Assembly: GCA_002269645.1 (NCBI GenBank)
Contig: NIVC01002374.1
Coordinates: 115,628 to 179,627 of the forward strand
From: Macrostomum lignano
Taxonomy: Eukaryota
Direction of reading: 5' to 3'
DNA length: 64,000 nt
The notes beneath the pieces were generated by a model. That model searched no databases. It worked only from the letters and a program-made list of their open reading frames with translations, and was not told the DNA's origin. Both the position numbers and the translations under genes were made by a program. Below, in pieces: positions 24,395-36,425 of this stretch (the first letter of the stretch is position 1; every line of letters starts with the position of its first letter).

Positions 24395-27300
24395 GGAAGT
24401 GCTTATCCCCACAGGCCACAGTCCCATACTGATAATTCCAATTTTATATATATGGATATATGTTGATAATTTCTAGCTTATCCCCATAGCAGCTTATTAA
24501 AATGGCTGCCACCATTCAAGTCTAGGCTATGTCAATAATTCAAATTTTATTCACACAGATCCATGTTGATAATTTTTAGCTTATCCCCACAGCAGATTGG
24601 AATAAAGAATCTTAAAATGAATCTGTTAAAAAAGCATCTATTTGTTTTCACTGTTTTACAAATCTTCCAATTTAAATAAACTAGGGCCTATTGAATTGAA
24701 TACTGAATAGTATTGAGTACTTTGTTAAAACTTTTTTATCATTAAAAGGATTAATTTTAAATATTTGCTTAGCTGTTGGCTTTGCTTAGAATGACTAAAC
24801 AACCCTAAAATTGAGGCAAATGAGATGAGACTTGCAAAATTCAAAATGTAATAATAATAATGATTAATAATACTGATAATGACAATATCAATTTAACATC
24901 AGTACACAAAACTAAACACAAACAACTGCAGAATCTTAGCTGTGGGGATTAGCTAAAAATTATCAACATGGATCTGTGTAGGCCTAGATAAAATTGGAAT
25001 TATTAACATGGCCTATAGACTTAAATAGTGCAATGGAAGCTATTATAATAAGTGGTTCCAGCCAAAGTTGTCATATTTGAGATTGTCATCTGCAGCTTAC
25101 GAGAAAAACAACTAGATTATCTAAATTGTCATCATCTCAGTATTAGACAATGCTGCATTCACTAAATTGTCATATTGTGTTGCATTGGCTGCACAAGGAT
25201 CTTAGCTCATGGTGGCAGCATATTTTTGTTTGGCAACAAATTAAAATGATTTACAGTGTATAACTTAATGCTTATTCAAACTACAATACTTGTATTCTAG
25301 AAACTTCCGCAAAACACGCACTTTCTATAGGCCTGTGATGTCATTGCACTACAGGAGATGTCTATCAGAGCCGACCTCAGACTTTACTGTGAGGACCTAG
25401 GCGCCAGTTGGACACTCTGGTACACTCAGCGGATGAGCCGTGGAGGAGTTGGAGTGCTGATCGGACCAAGGCTGCAACAGAGCTGTCGCTGCGTCTCCTT
25501 GTCTTCTTGGCTGCTTTGGGTTGATATCCAACTTTGCGGCCGGAATGCCCACCTGTTCTGTGCATATGCGCCACCTGCTACCTGCTCCAATGAGGCTCAG
25601 GCCTTCTTTGAGCAACTCTTGGTGTGGGTGGAGGGGATGGCACAACGTGACACAGTGGTCATTTTTGGAGACCTGAATGCAGTTCTGCGTAGGTCCGAGC
25701 AATTGCTGTTTGTGACAGCGCGCAAGAACGGCAACACCGGAGCGCTAGAGGACTTCTTGGAGAGACAGGACATGGTGTCGGCCAACACCAGATTCTGCAA
25801 GGGAAGATCTGGAGAGGCTCCATCTGAGTGGGCGGCAAAATTGCGAGGCGGAGGAGACTCTGGTGGCTGTTTACCTGCAGCGGCAGCAGTTTGCTGTCGT
25901 TGACGCCATTCAAGCCATCTCTGACGCAAGGCCCGATGCCAGAGGGCGCGTAGCCTGGTCCATCATCACTCTGACGGGGCAAAAGCGGCGCATCGCGCTC
26001 AACCTAGCAGGCAACACTCTGGATGAACACAAGAATGAGCTGCGCGAGTTCTTCGCTGCCATTGTCAACGCACCACCTCTTCCACTTCCAGAAAATCTGA
26101 GACTGCCGCTGGAGACGCCGTTGCTGGCAGAGGAAAGCTTCAACGTTGCCCCAGTCAACACAGCCGATGTTGTGAAGTTTGCTTAGCAGTCGCTAGGCGG
26201 CAAAGTGCTTGGTCTAGACGAGGTGCCCACCGAGGTGCTACGGATCCATTGCGTGGCTACTGAGGTCGCCAGAGTTATGAAACGCGTGCTTTCTGGTGAG
26301 GTGGCGCCAAACGAATGGACCACGGCGCACATCATTGCCATTCCAAAGAAGCCGGGCACCACCAAGCTTGAGGAGCATCGAGGCATCTGCCTACAGTCCT
26401 GCGCCACAAAGCTGTTCAACCGCATGCTACTATTGCAGTTACAGCCTGTGCTGGACCCGTACCTGCGGCCTGAGCAGAACAGATTCCAGCCCCATCGCGG
26501 CACAGTGACGCAGATCCTGGCTTTTTGGCAAGTCATCGAGGGGGCGCGCATCCACCAGTTGACCCTGATCCTGATTGATTTCAGGAAGGCCTTTGACTTG
26601 GTCATGAGTGACGCACTCCCAGAGGTGCTCCATGCGTATATGCCAGAGCTGCTGATTTCTGCTGTCATGGCGCTGTACCACGGCACAACGGCTGCTGTCT
26701 CAACACCGGACGGCCTATCGGATTTCTTTGAAACATCCTCTGGGGTGCTCCAAGGAGATACGCTAGTGCCGTTCCTATTTATTCTGGTGCTTGACTAGGT
26801 GCTATGGACTGCTCTGCCTTCCAACAACGACGGCTTCCTGCTGTGGCGATATGTGGGTCAACACCAACTAGAGAGACGGCTCAGCATGCTTGGCTACGCC
26901 GATGACCTCGCCCTGCTGTCCTCGACCGTCGAGGGCGCCCAACGACAGCTGGATAGGCTGGTTGCCGTTGCGGCAAGCGTCGGCCTGGTAGTCAATATGC
27001 AGAAAACCGAAGTGCTATGCATGCCAAACCACATTGAGGCTACAATCTTTTGCCAAGCGCTGACGGACAGGAGAGTGAGCTTCCAAGATGTCAGCAGTTT
27101 GTCTACCTCGGTGGTCTGGTTCCTGACATCTGCAAGGATCTGCTGCGTCGCCGAGGACTTGCCTGGGCTGCCTTTCATTCTATAAGCCTGCTGCGTGCCG
27201 CCTTCAAGATTGGCAACGAGCGAGTCACCAACATGGTGCTCTATCATTGCACTGGCCTGGCCCATCCTAGCAATCTGCTGTGCCGTCGGCGACTCCAGCT

Positions 27301-28169
27301 GGCAGGCCACGTCATCAGCGCTGAGGCCTACTATCTAGAGCCAGTGCAGGAGGTGCGCTACTTACGTTGCAGACACCCTACCAGTAAGGACAGGCGAGGA
27401 CTCGGCACTACGTCAACTGTCTACTGGCTGATGCCGGCGCCCCGGACTCTGCTGGTGGTGCGGCCTTTGTTCGCATCCAAGCTTTGAAGTGCACAATTGA
27501 CGCTGCTTTTGTGAACTGGCAGCATATTCTGTTATTGTTTTTAGACCTATTTGGCATTTTGAACTCCCGCGTACCCCTTTCTAAAAACTGCTTCTAGAAC
27601 TTTCTGGATTCTAGAATGTTCTATTAACACATATAAATAATATACAGCATCCTAACACGCGATTACTTGACTATTTATTATTTTCCACATAGAAAACAAT
27701 CAAAGAAAAATTAAAGAAAATGAACCACTGCGTTTCATGCCTCATTTAGGCCTTATTTACATAATTCTACAGGTGCATGCAAGGGATTTTTGCCTGAAGG
27801 TAGGAAAATCCTAAATTAATACACCCTTGCCTTTGGTCAAAGTCGTCATATTTAAATGTTTAAGTCTTCCAGATTTGTTCAAGTTGTCATCATCATATGA
27901 CGATTTTGAATAAAACAATTTTGGCTGCATCCTAATAGGCCTAAGCAGCAATCTTCAAGTTTCGTTCATTTAATTATTTCCGGAATTATTTCGCCCTCTA
28001 TTCAAGGGTGGTGGGGGGGTGGGTGTTGGAATTAAACGAACGAAACTTGAAGATACCCGCCTAAGCTGCCATGGGGATAAGCTAAAAATTAAATTATCAA
28101 CATGGATCCGACTCATCCATGTGGATAAAATTGGAATTATTGGTATGGGACTAGGGGAGAAGTACTTCC
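24395..28169. mobile_element. MULE-like long-TIR element interrupted by the RTE insertion
   Basis: ~100-bp inverted repeats (GGAAGTGCTTATCCCC.. at 24395; ..GGGGAGAAGTACTTCC ending 28169) resemble the termini of the 59172 element. The TSD is not clean. Confidence 0.45.
25334..27490 (+). mobile_element. Degenerate non-LTR retrotransposon (RTE-like), APE endonuclease + reverse transcriptase
   Basis: APE motifs DVIALQE, CAYAP and IFGDLNA. RT motifs IIAIPKKPG..HRGICL, IDFRKAFD, GVLQGDTL..FLF and GYADDLAL. Post-RT RRRLQLAGHV is typical of RTE. Several stops and frameshifts. Confidence 0.9.
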
Positions 28170-28249
28170 TTCAAATATTCCTACTTTTAAATTTTAAATA
28201 TATCTATTACCTAGATTTTTCTATCATTCTATCAAGCTAGGTTCTTCTG

Positions 28250-28625
28250 CTGGCAATGGCTAGAGTTCTGGCACTGGAACCTATTCTCTAAGGGCTATGG
28301 ATCCAGCAGTGGTACTCATTACTCTAGTAGGCCAGACTAGGCCCTAGTGCAAGTATAATTTATGGGTATAATAAATAATAGACCTATAGGCATAGCAGAA
28401 ACAATGAAACATTTTACTTTTTAATGGGTGGTTGTGTTGATATTTTGTTTAGGATAGGCCTTAGGCTAAGATTAAAATGAAACAATGAGATTTAAAACAA
28501 GATACTTTGAATCTAATGTTCAAAGATTTTCTTAGTAGATAACTGCCTGCAGAAGACTGCTAGATCTATAGGCCTAGCCATTAGAAAACGGGTTCCGGTG
28601 CTAGAACTCTACTAGCCATTACCAA
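28250..28625. mobile_element. Small foldback element
   Basis: ~60-bp degenerate inverted repeats: tggcaatggctagagttctggcactggaacc vs ggttccggtgctagaactctactagccattacca. Confidence 0.4.
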
Positions 28626-28667
28626 AATAGCACTAATAAAGAACTGTTTTAAAATATACTTCTTTGC

Positions 28668-28907
28668 CAGGGTTTTCTTTTTTGCCAGAGACAAGCAAGG
28701 TGCAAAATCGCACCCTATGCTCACTTTCATAGTGCAATTGTAAGGCTCAAAGTGCAATTTCTCTTTTTTCTTACTTCAAGGCAATGCAAATGAGGTTATA
28801 AATAGGTTATAAGATTGCACCTAAACTGCACCTACATTTCAATTTCAGGGTGCAATTTTTAAATTTAAGGTGCATACGCACACTCTATGCACAAAAAATA
28901 AACCCTG
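28668..28907. mobile_element. hAT-type MITE, 240 bp
   Basis: TIRs CAGGGTTT..TTTTT / AAAAAATAAACCCTG. Perfect 8-bp TSD TTCTTTGC at 28660-28667 and 28908-28915. Confidence 0.8.
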
Positions 28908-29989
28908 TTCTTTGCAATGTAGTTGATCAAAATGGCAATCAAACATAGCATTAAACAGTGAGATAAGGAGTTCCTACGACATTAAGTATAAAGCATAAAG
29001 CGTAAAGCTACGCATTAAGCACTTATAAGCATTCTAAGGAATTAGCGAGTAAAATTTCTCAATACTCGAAAAATACTGATTTGAAAGCATAACTTAGTTA
29101 CCTGAACATTTTGCAGTAAACAGTTTTAACAAAAGAAAATTTACAACGTATTTTGAACTTTGAAATAAAAGCATAGTTGCTAAACGAAAGAATTAAAACT
29201 GACGATAATACAATAAATTCAACTTATAATGAATAACCTTTGCTACTTCATTTTTTTCATTTTTATAAATTGTGAAACAACCTTTCATGTTACCTAATAA
29301 GTTCCAATGGCCCCATGAGCATGATTAAATGCATGCATGGTTCGTCGTCCCCTCTGCTTTTGTGATAGGGTAACGTCAGGTACTTGTGTATGTCCTTTTG
29401 CTCCTAGACTTGTCTCGCATTTTGCCAAAATAGACAAAACTGTCACAAAAATTTCTATTCACCATCCCTAGACACTAAGACACCACTAACTAACCACTGA
29501 CTAACTACCTAACTACCTAACTACCTAACTAACTAACCACTAGGCCTAACCACTAACACCACCGACTAGGCTTAACATTATTTAATATCTTAATATGTAA
29601 TAATATATGTCGCCAAAATAGCTATCCATTCCTTTTGGTGTCTATATATTATTGCATTTTTGCATTGCATTTTTGCATTGCATTGCATTTGCATTTGCAT
29701 TGCATTTGCATTGCATTTATTGCATTTTTGTTTACTCACTTAAATTTTGGATGCTAGGCCTAGGGCCTATTTAAAAATTAAAATAAATAAATACTAAATA
29801 AAAATATTATGTAGCATAGCATCTTTATAATTATATGAAGAATAGCAGCATGTTTAACTCTTGACCAGCACTTATTTTGTTTATTTTACAAAGACATGTT
29901 TATGCACTTTTTACTTGATTGGTGGTTCTTTAAAATTAGGCCTAAAAAGGTCTAATAACAGAAATAGGTAGTGTATACCAAGACTGCCA

Positions 29990-32526
29990 CCATGGTCAGG
30001 AAGGTGCAGCGTGTGCGCCGTAATAACATCCATCAAAATTTTTGTTGTGCGCCGCATGCGCCAAGAAAAAAAATTACTTGTGTGCCATATGCCCAGAAAA
30101 ATACACTTGAAAAAGCACCAAGTATTAAGTATCTAAATTGAATCAATACCAATTGAAGTTCAAGCAGTTCAATCATGGCTTCTATTTGCAAAATATTTAA
30201 GCAAAAAGGCACAACAAAAGCTGCAAAAGGCGCAAATTTGTTAAGTAAAAAGTACATTGTACATGATATAGTCAGACATATATGTAGTAAGCATATGTAT
30301 AAGTATAGTAAGCATTATAAGCATATACTAAGTATAAGTATTAAGGCCTATTCATACCGGTCAAAGAGACCAAATTTTGTGTGATCATGTAATTTTTTTT
30401 ATTGATTTTCATTCCTTTTGTGTCGTGTAAGTTGGTGGCTCACACCCTCACTCGATCGCAGTGTGAATGGGCCTCAGATAATAGGCCTAAGTGAAATAAA
30501 TTGCATTGTCCTTCTCTACTCAACTCATAGACCAACCTACTCTAGCTAGACTCGTCACTGCTCCTCAGCTTCTGCTTCCTCAGCCAACTGACGCCGCTGA
30601 TGCTGATACTGGCCAATGAAAGGACAGTGAGGGATGGAGTTGCTGTGCCAGTCAACAATCTTGCTTACGCAATACTTTTTTGCTGCCTGCTGCTGAATGT
30701 CGTAGAAAAATGGACCACGATAAGGCCGAAGACCGCGTTGCCTGTCTCCGACAAAAAAGAGCCTAGCAGCTTTGTTCAAAAGCAGTCGGCACTCCGGCGT
30801 ATTTACTTTGAGGGGCAGCATCCAGCTTAGTTTAGTTCATAACGCTAGAGTGTCATTAGTTTGGCCCCTTTGCTGCTCCTGCAATCGCATTACTGAGTAA
30901 TACATTTCAACTATCGCCTCTGAAATTAAAATATATGTTGTTTCTCCTGTCTATTGTCATATTTTATAATTGCTAACAGTACTTGTAGCTCGTACTTTTA
31001 AACCTATTTCTATATACAGAAACTTTACAAGCAGAAAGAAACTTATATAGACATCAAAATACTTTAAGAATTACTAAAATACTTTATGAAAGGCATAAAA
31101 AAAATATTTTCACCTGTGCCTCCAAGGTGAAGCACAAAGTCTAGCAAGCGGCATGCCTCCTGGCCAGCTGCTTTGTAAAGCCTTGGATCGGAGTACAGCG
31201 ACCTGTACATGGCAGCTTTGTTCAGCCATACTGAGCTCTTGTATCCGGACTCAGTAGTCACAACAAGCTGCAATGAAGCGAAAGCACGTTTGGAGCACAC
31301 AACTCTGAGCATACGACTCGTTTGATGGGCCCTTTCATGCTGGGTTCGAGCCAGGAATCGCAGCCAACACCAGACAAAAATTCCTGGTGAATGGCACCGG
31401 CATAGTCGGCCACGTACTTCCGAGCCAGCTGAGACCTCACACGCAGACTCTAGTGCTTCTCAGCCTGCTCGACAAACTTCAGAATGGTGGCAGAGGTGGT
31501 GAACTCCTCAGTGCTAATTTTGGGGTTGGCGGAGGTCAGAAACAGGATAATATTAGTTGCATCCAATACCATCGCACTAGCAGCCACAGAGGAGTGCTTG
31601 TCAGCCTTCGCTATACATGATGAGAGGCTCTCAAGCAGGGCAGCAGACAGCCAGACCAAGTCCTGCTCCATGTCACGGAGGTCCCGAGCAGTCCAGTTGA
31701 CACGCTGGTCTCTCTCGTCATCGTCCGTAAGCCAGCTGTCAAGCAGGGGCACACCGCAGAATGTACCACCTGTTGATAGAATTTGATTTATTGAAAATAT
31801 GTTGCTTGGGCTAGCTTATAGAAATTTTTATAAATTAATAAAAATAAGATTTAGCACCCAGTCTGAGTCTACCTGGATGAAGTGATCCGTAACAAGCTTT
31901 TAGCCTCGGATAATCCTCGACATTAAAGCCTCAAGCTCGGCATTCTAAGAAGCTAGCCACCTTCAGAATATCATGATATATGATATTCGATATTGATAAT
32001 TGATAGTCATCATTGGAAATTTGGAATTTGACTCCACTTGGAGTTGGACGACCCACCTTTGGCATTTTTACTGATGGTAGTAGCCGTGCCCGTAACTCCA
32101 ACTTCAAAATCTGCATCACGATCACTGTCACTGTCACTTGAGTGACTTGACCTTGACTTACTCATACTGAACTGAACTCAAGATGCTCCAACTTGCTCCA
32201 TTGCTCGTTGCTTTGCAATCATTAAAAGCTATGATTAATGAAATTTGAAATAGAAACAACATTGGAAATAATGACTATCATATCGACTATCGTTTATTTT
32301 ATTGATTGATTGACATTTAATATACGTTTTTTTATTATTCATTATTATATTGTCACGTACACTGACATACCTTGTGCACCATGCGCCAAGCCATGCACCA
32401 ATGCACCGAGCCATGCGCCGATGTGCCGAGCCATGCGCGCGGCGCAGTGAAGTGTGCGCCGTGCGCCAGCAAATTGCTGATTTGCGCCAGAAAATTCCGA
32501 GGATTCTACCATCTTCCTGGCTGTGG
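29990..32526 (-). mobile_element. TIR DNA transposon (hAT-like, 8-bp TSD) carrying a decayed spliced transposase-like gene
   Basis: Perfect 8-bp flanking direct repeat GACTGCCA at 29982-29989 and 32527-32534. Imperfect 17-bp TIRs CCATGGTCAGGAAGGTG / CCACAGCCAGGAAGATG (reverse complement). Confidence 0.8.
30555..32065 (-). pseudogene. Three-exon transposase-like pseudogene inside the TIR element
   Basis: Exons 32065-31873, 31769-31114 and 30919-30555, joined by two phase-1 GT-AG introns (103 and 194 bp), giving ..LHPG|GTFCGVPLL.. and ..LHLGGT|EAIVEMYYSVM.. . In-frame stops at 31933-31931, 31452-31450 and 30839-30837, plus a frameshift near 31330-31260. GTEAIVE..S resembles the hAT C-terminal dimerisation motif (weak, by eye). 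Confidence 0.65.
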
Positions 32527-33938
32527 GACTGCCACACTTGAAAAGCTAGGGAGGAATTTGGCTCAATGTTTTATTGGATAGTGCTAAAGAAGAGATAAGT
32601 GGGTAGGAAAGCCAGTAAAACAAGGCTGTGAGCTAGGTTTTTTGGGTTATATAGGGTTTTTGTTTTTTGGCCCCTTGAAAATCTCATTGGCAACTGGATT
32701 TTTGGCATCAGAGGCCAATCTGGCACTTCATTTCCTTGTGCCAGTTGCCACTTTCAGAAAATGATTTTGCAAATGTAATAAAAGTGCCATATGAATCTAA
32801 GTTGTGGCAAATACTAAGTTGCAAAAATTGCCAATGTCAATAACAAGTCCCAGATAGTCTCATTCCCATAGTCATATAGTGCATACATGTTTAATGAGCC
32901 TCGGAAATATCTATCCTCAAGAATGTGGCTAGTTGCCAATGGGCAACCAAAAATAGCCATTGGCAACTAGATTTTAGGCCCCAAGGGCCAGCTGGCATCT
33001 AAATTTCCAACCTTAAAAAAACCCAGGCTGTAAAAGAGGTACCTGTGAGAGGAATAGCAATGCTAGAAGATTGGTAGCTCCCTTTCAAAACTAGTAGCCA
33101 GTAATAGGCCCTAGCTGTGGCAAATAAGCTATACCAAATAGGCTATGCACGAAATAGGCTATGAGTAGGCCATTGGGAAGTTGCTTTTTTAAAAAGTACC
33201 AGCACCTTAACTAGTACTGGAAGTTATTATCCAGTACTGGGAACATAAAGGTTGGTAAACAGTAAAATACTTATAGACCTAGATATTTTTTAATTTTTGG
33301 TTATTTTTTAAAATAGGTTTTATTTTTCCTTTTGATTTCTTTTTGTAATGACTTTATAAAAAAAGAATTGAATTTATACCAGTTTTTTTAAAGTATTAGA
33401 ATATTTATTTGCTAACACTAATAGAAAAATAATCTAATCTAAACCAAAAGTATAAAGTAGTTTTTAAATCTAAAACCAATTTTAGATTAAATAAAATAGG
33501 GCCTATATGCAAATATACTAGGCCTTAGGCTAAATTAACATATCAAATAAGTTATATTAATAACTTAAACAGTATATTATTTTGCATGTGTAGTGGGCCG
33601 CTAGTTTAGTGTTTGGCGTTCCCCTTTGTTAGCAGTCTCCCTCGCTCTCGCCCTGGGTTGCTATCTCCCGCTGGTCAGCTTCCTACCCCCTTGGCCCATT
33701 TGTTGTTGCCCTTGGCTTGTTCTGCCCTTCCAGGTCTCTTTTCTTAGCCCTCAGCTTCTCTGCTGCAGGCTGTCTCTGTTTCATTCCCATCCCATTTTCC
33801 TCTGTCATGTGAGCAAGTCACATGATATATCCCTATTGCAGCGCATGGCTTAAGTACGCCAGACGCCTACACAACCTGCGCCACGCTGTGAAATGACTTA
33901 CCTGTGAAAGAAACCTAAAGCAAAGTTAACGCAGTTTT

Positions 33939-34002
33939 GGGTAAACGGCAGGAGTAACTATGACTGTCTTATCAAGCCTAAATGCCTCGGCATCTAATTA
34001 GT
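33939..34002 (+). pseudogene. 28S rRNA fragment (R2/I-PpoI target region), copy 2
   Basis: GGGTAAACGGCAGGAGTAACTATGACTGTCTTATCAAGCCTAAATGCCTCGGCATCTAATTAGT; same LSU segment as copy 1. Confidence 0.85.
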
Positions 34003-34171
34003 ACTGCGCCGCGCCGTACTAATCGCCGCGCTCGTATGCGCCGCGCCGCGCCGTATTAGATCCGCGCCGGACGCCGTCCGCCAAAATGCCCATGCGCTGC
34101 AATCAGGTGATATATCTTGCATTCTTGGAGTCTTAAAGTGCAGTAAACATGTTTACTGCACTCGTTGGCCC

Positions 34172-34915
34172 TGTTTACCAAGAGAATCCCATGCCTTCGG
34201 ACCCCTATCTTCTCTAAGGAGAGGAGTGACTCATGTTGCTAAAAATAGCAACTGAGTCACAGCCACATGTACTTTGGCCAGAGACCTCAAGTGATGTCAG
34301 TTCTAAAAATAGAACAAGTCACAAGGTCTTGTGCGCACTGAGACACTGCCCCAAGACCTCAAATGACATCAGTTCTAAAAATAGAACAAGTCACAAGGTC
34401 TTTTGCACGGGAGAATCCCGGCTATAAATAGGACCCCTCTATTTAGTCACTTGTTTCCATCAATGAGTCTTTGCCGGAGTCTTTGCGTGCTTCTAAACTT
34501 CTAAGATCCCTTGTGCATTATTGACTGAACTAAGTGCCCTTTGCTTACACTGAATCTGCTTGTACTGGTCTGACTAAGACCCCACTAAAGCCCAACCTCA
34601 AGCCTACAAGAGGCTAACTCAGCCCTCCCTGAACCAACCAAGCCTGGCAGGTGCTGCTGATGAGATGCCTTGTATTGTTGAACTACAAATCTATACCCGG
34701 TGCTGAGTTTGTTGACTTTGTTATTTCATTCTGACAGGAAGCTCACCTCATTGAAGGCTGAGACCTGAAGTAACTGGTGGCAGCACTACCTATGCTACTA
34801 AGAGTTAAGAAGGCTTCCAAGTGAGAAAACAGAGAGCCCAAGTCACTATGCTAGACAGCAGGAGAAACCCCAAGACAACCATAAGTATTTCACTGGTGGC
34901 AGCAGTGGGATTTGA
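34172..34915 (+). mobile_element. LTR retrotransposon remnant (LTR plus primer-binding site)
   Basis: TGTTTAC..GTAAC ends, duplicated ~57-bp U3 block, TATAAATA at 34423-34430, and Gypsy-type PBS-like TGGTGGCAGC at 34775 and TGGTGGCAGCAGTGGGAT at 34894. No gag/pol was found. Confidence 0.55.
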
Positions 34916-35350
34916 AGACCTACCAGGCCACCCCGTAGACAACCATTAGTACTTCAGATGTTATTCTATATATTAGACCTATTATTTAGAATATTCTGTA
35001 TATTATTCCTACATTCTATATATTTTGTGTATTACATATATTCTATAAATTATATATTTTTCCATTTTCATTTTTCTATAATGTGGATAAACTTTATAGG
35101 ATATAGAATAATATTTTAATAATTCATGACTTACTCATAGCTTATTGTTTTTCATATAAAAGTTATAGTTTTTTGTATATTTAGAGTACAAGCATATTTA
35201 GCTATTGTATTTTCTATTGTCCGTTTCAGATTTGTTTTATTAATATATAGCTTGAATCTAAAAGAAGTTAGCAACTAATCCTGACATTACTCTGCTTTGT
35301 TAAAGTGCACTTCCTGTGTGCTAGATTGTTGGAGAAATCTACTTCACAGG

Positions 35351-36358
35351 ATGCTGTTATTGCTATTGATAAGCACTTCGCTATTGGCGGCATCGCCTGT
35401 CAGAGCTGTTTGCCATATTTGGCAGGACATTGTCAGCTATAGTTTGACCAAATCGCAGACAACTAGAGGTGGTATTTGTCACACTGACAAGCTGTTTCAA
35501 CAGACTGGCCAGCTGATGACGATTGCCATCACCTTGTACAGGTCTGACGAAATGTCGCTTTCTTATCGAAACAGTTTGCTGCACTTCAATGCCACTGGTG
35601 AGGATTCATTTGGTTTTGAATGTTAAATTGAGTGCGTGTCTTTTCACGAAGCCAATATCTGATTGTTTTTTTGCCTGAGTCAGCCCGAGTTATTCAGCTC
35701 TGCATTTTTGTTTTCGGTTTTTGCTTTTGCCTGGCAGTTAATAATTATGTATTTATATAGATTTATACTATCAACAATTGTATATTATCTGTGGTCTCAC
35801 CCCAAAGATTCTCAACCCATAGACTCTCACCCCTCGCTAAGGAGTCTCAGCCCTAAGATTCTCACCCTTCGCTAAGGAGTCTCAGCCCTAAGATTCTCAC
35901 CCCTCGCTAAGGAGTCTCAACCCTTAGACTCTCATCCATCGCTAGGGAGTCTCAACCCTAAGACTCTCACCCTTCGCTAAGGAGTCTCAGCCCTAAGATT
36001 CTCGCCCCTCTCCAAGGAGTCTCAACCCTAAGACTCTCACCCCTCTCAAAATCTCACTCTAACCTCAGTTTTTACCTATTTCTATGTTAAATGTTTAATC
36101 TCTTTTAAACTGCTCTTTTCGTGCTTGGATTGCTTTTATTATTAAGTAACGGTTTGAAACCGTTTTAAAACGCTTCTATTGTCTTTTTATGCGTGCCTGA
36201 GGCTGCTAATTTAACAAAAAGCTTTTGTTTAGCCACTGTTTTTTGAGAGGGCTTGTTTAATTTTATATTGAACTCGTTCTCGTCGATTTTTTTTACTGTT
36301 CTTCAATCGTTGTTTGCGTGTCTCACGCAGTTCCAAGGCCTGCTACCTAAGCGGGTAG

Positions 36359-36425
<67 letters not shown>

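Noticed and set aside
29480-29720. (CTAACTA)n and (TTGCA)n tracts as telomeric repeats
   Set aside because: Short, degenerate and not TTAGGG; ordinary microsatellites.
31931-31933. In-frame TGA codons in the transposon gene as selenocysteine or readthrough
   Set aside because: A TAG stop and a frameshift also occur, so decay explains them better.
32634-33025. Possible MITE with TGGCAAC/GTTGCCA subterminal motifs
   Set aside because: Inverted motifs are present, but neither termini nor a TSD could be fixed.
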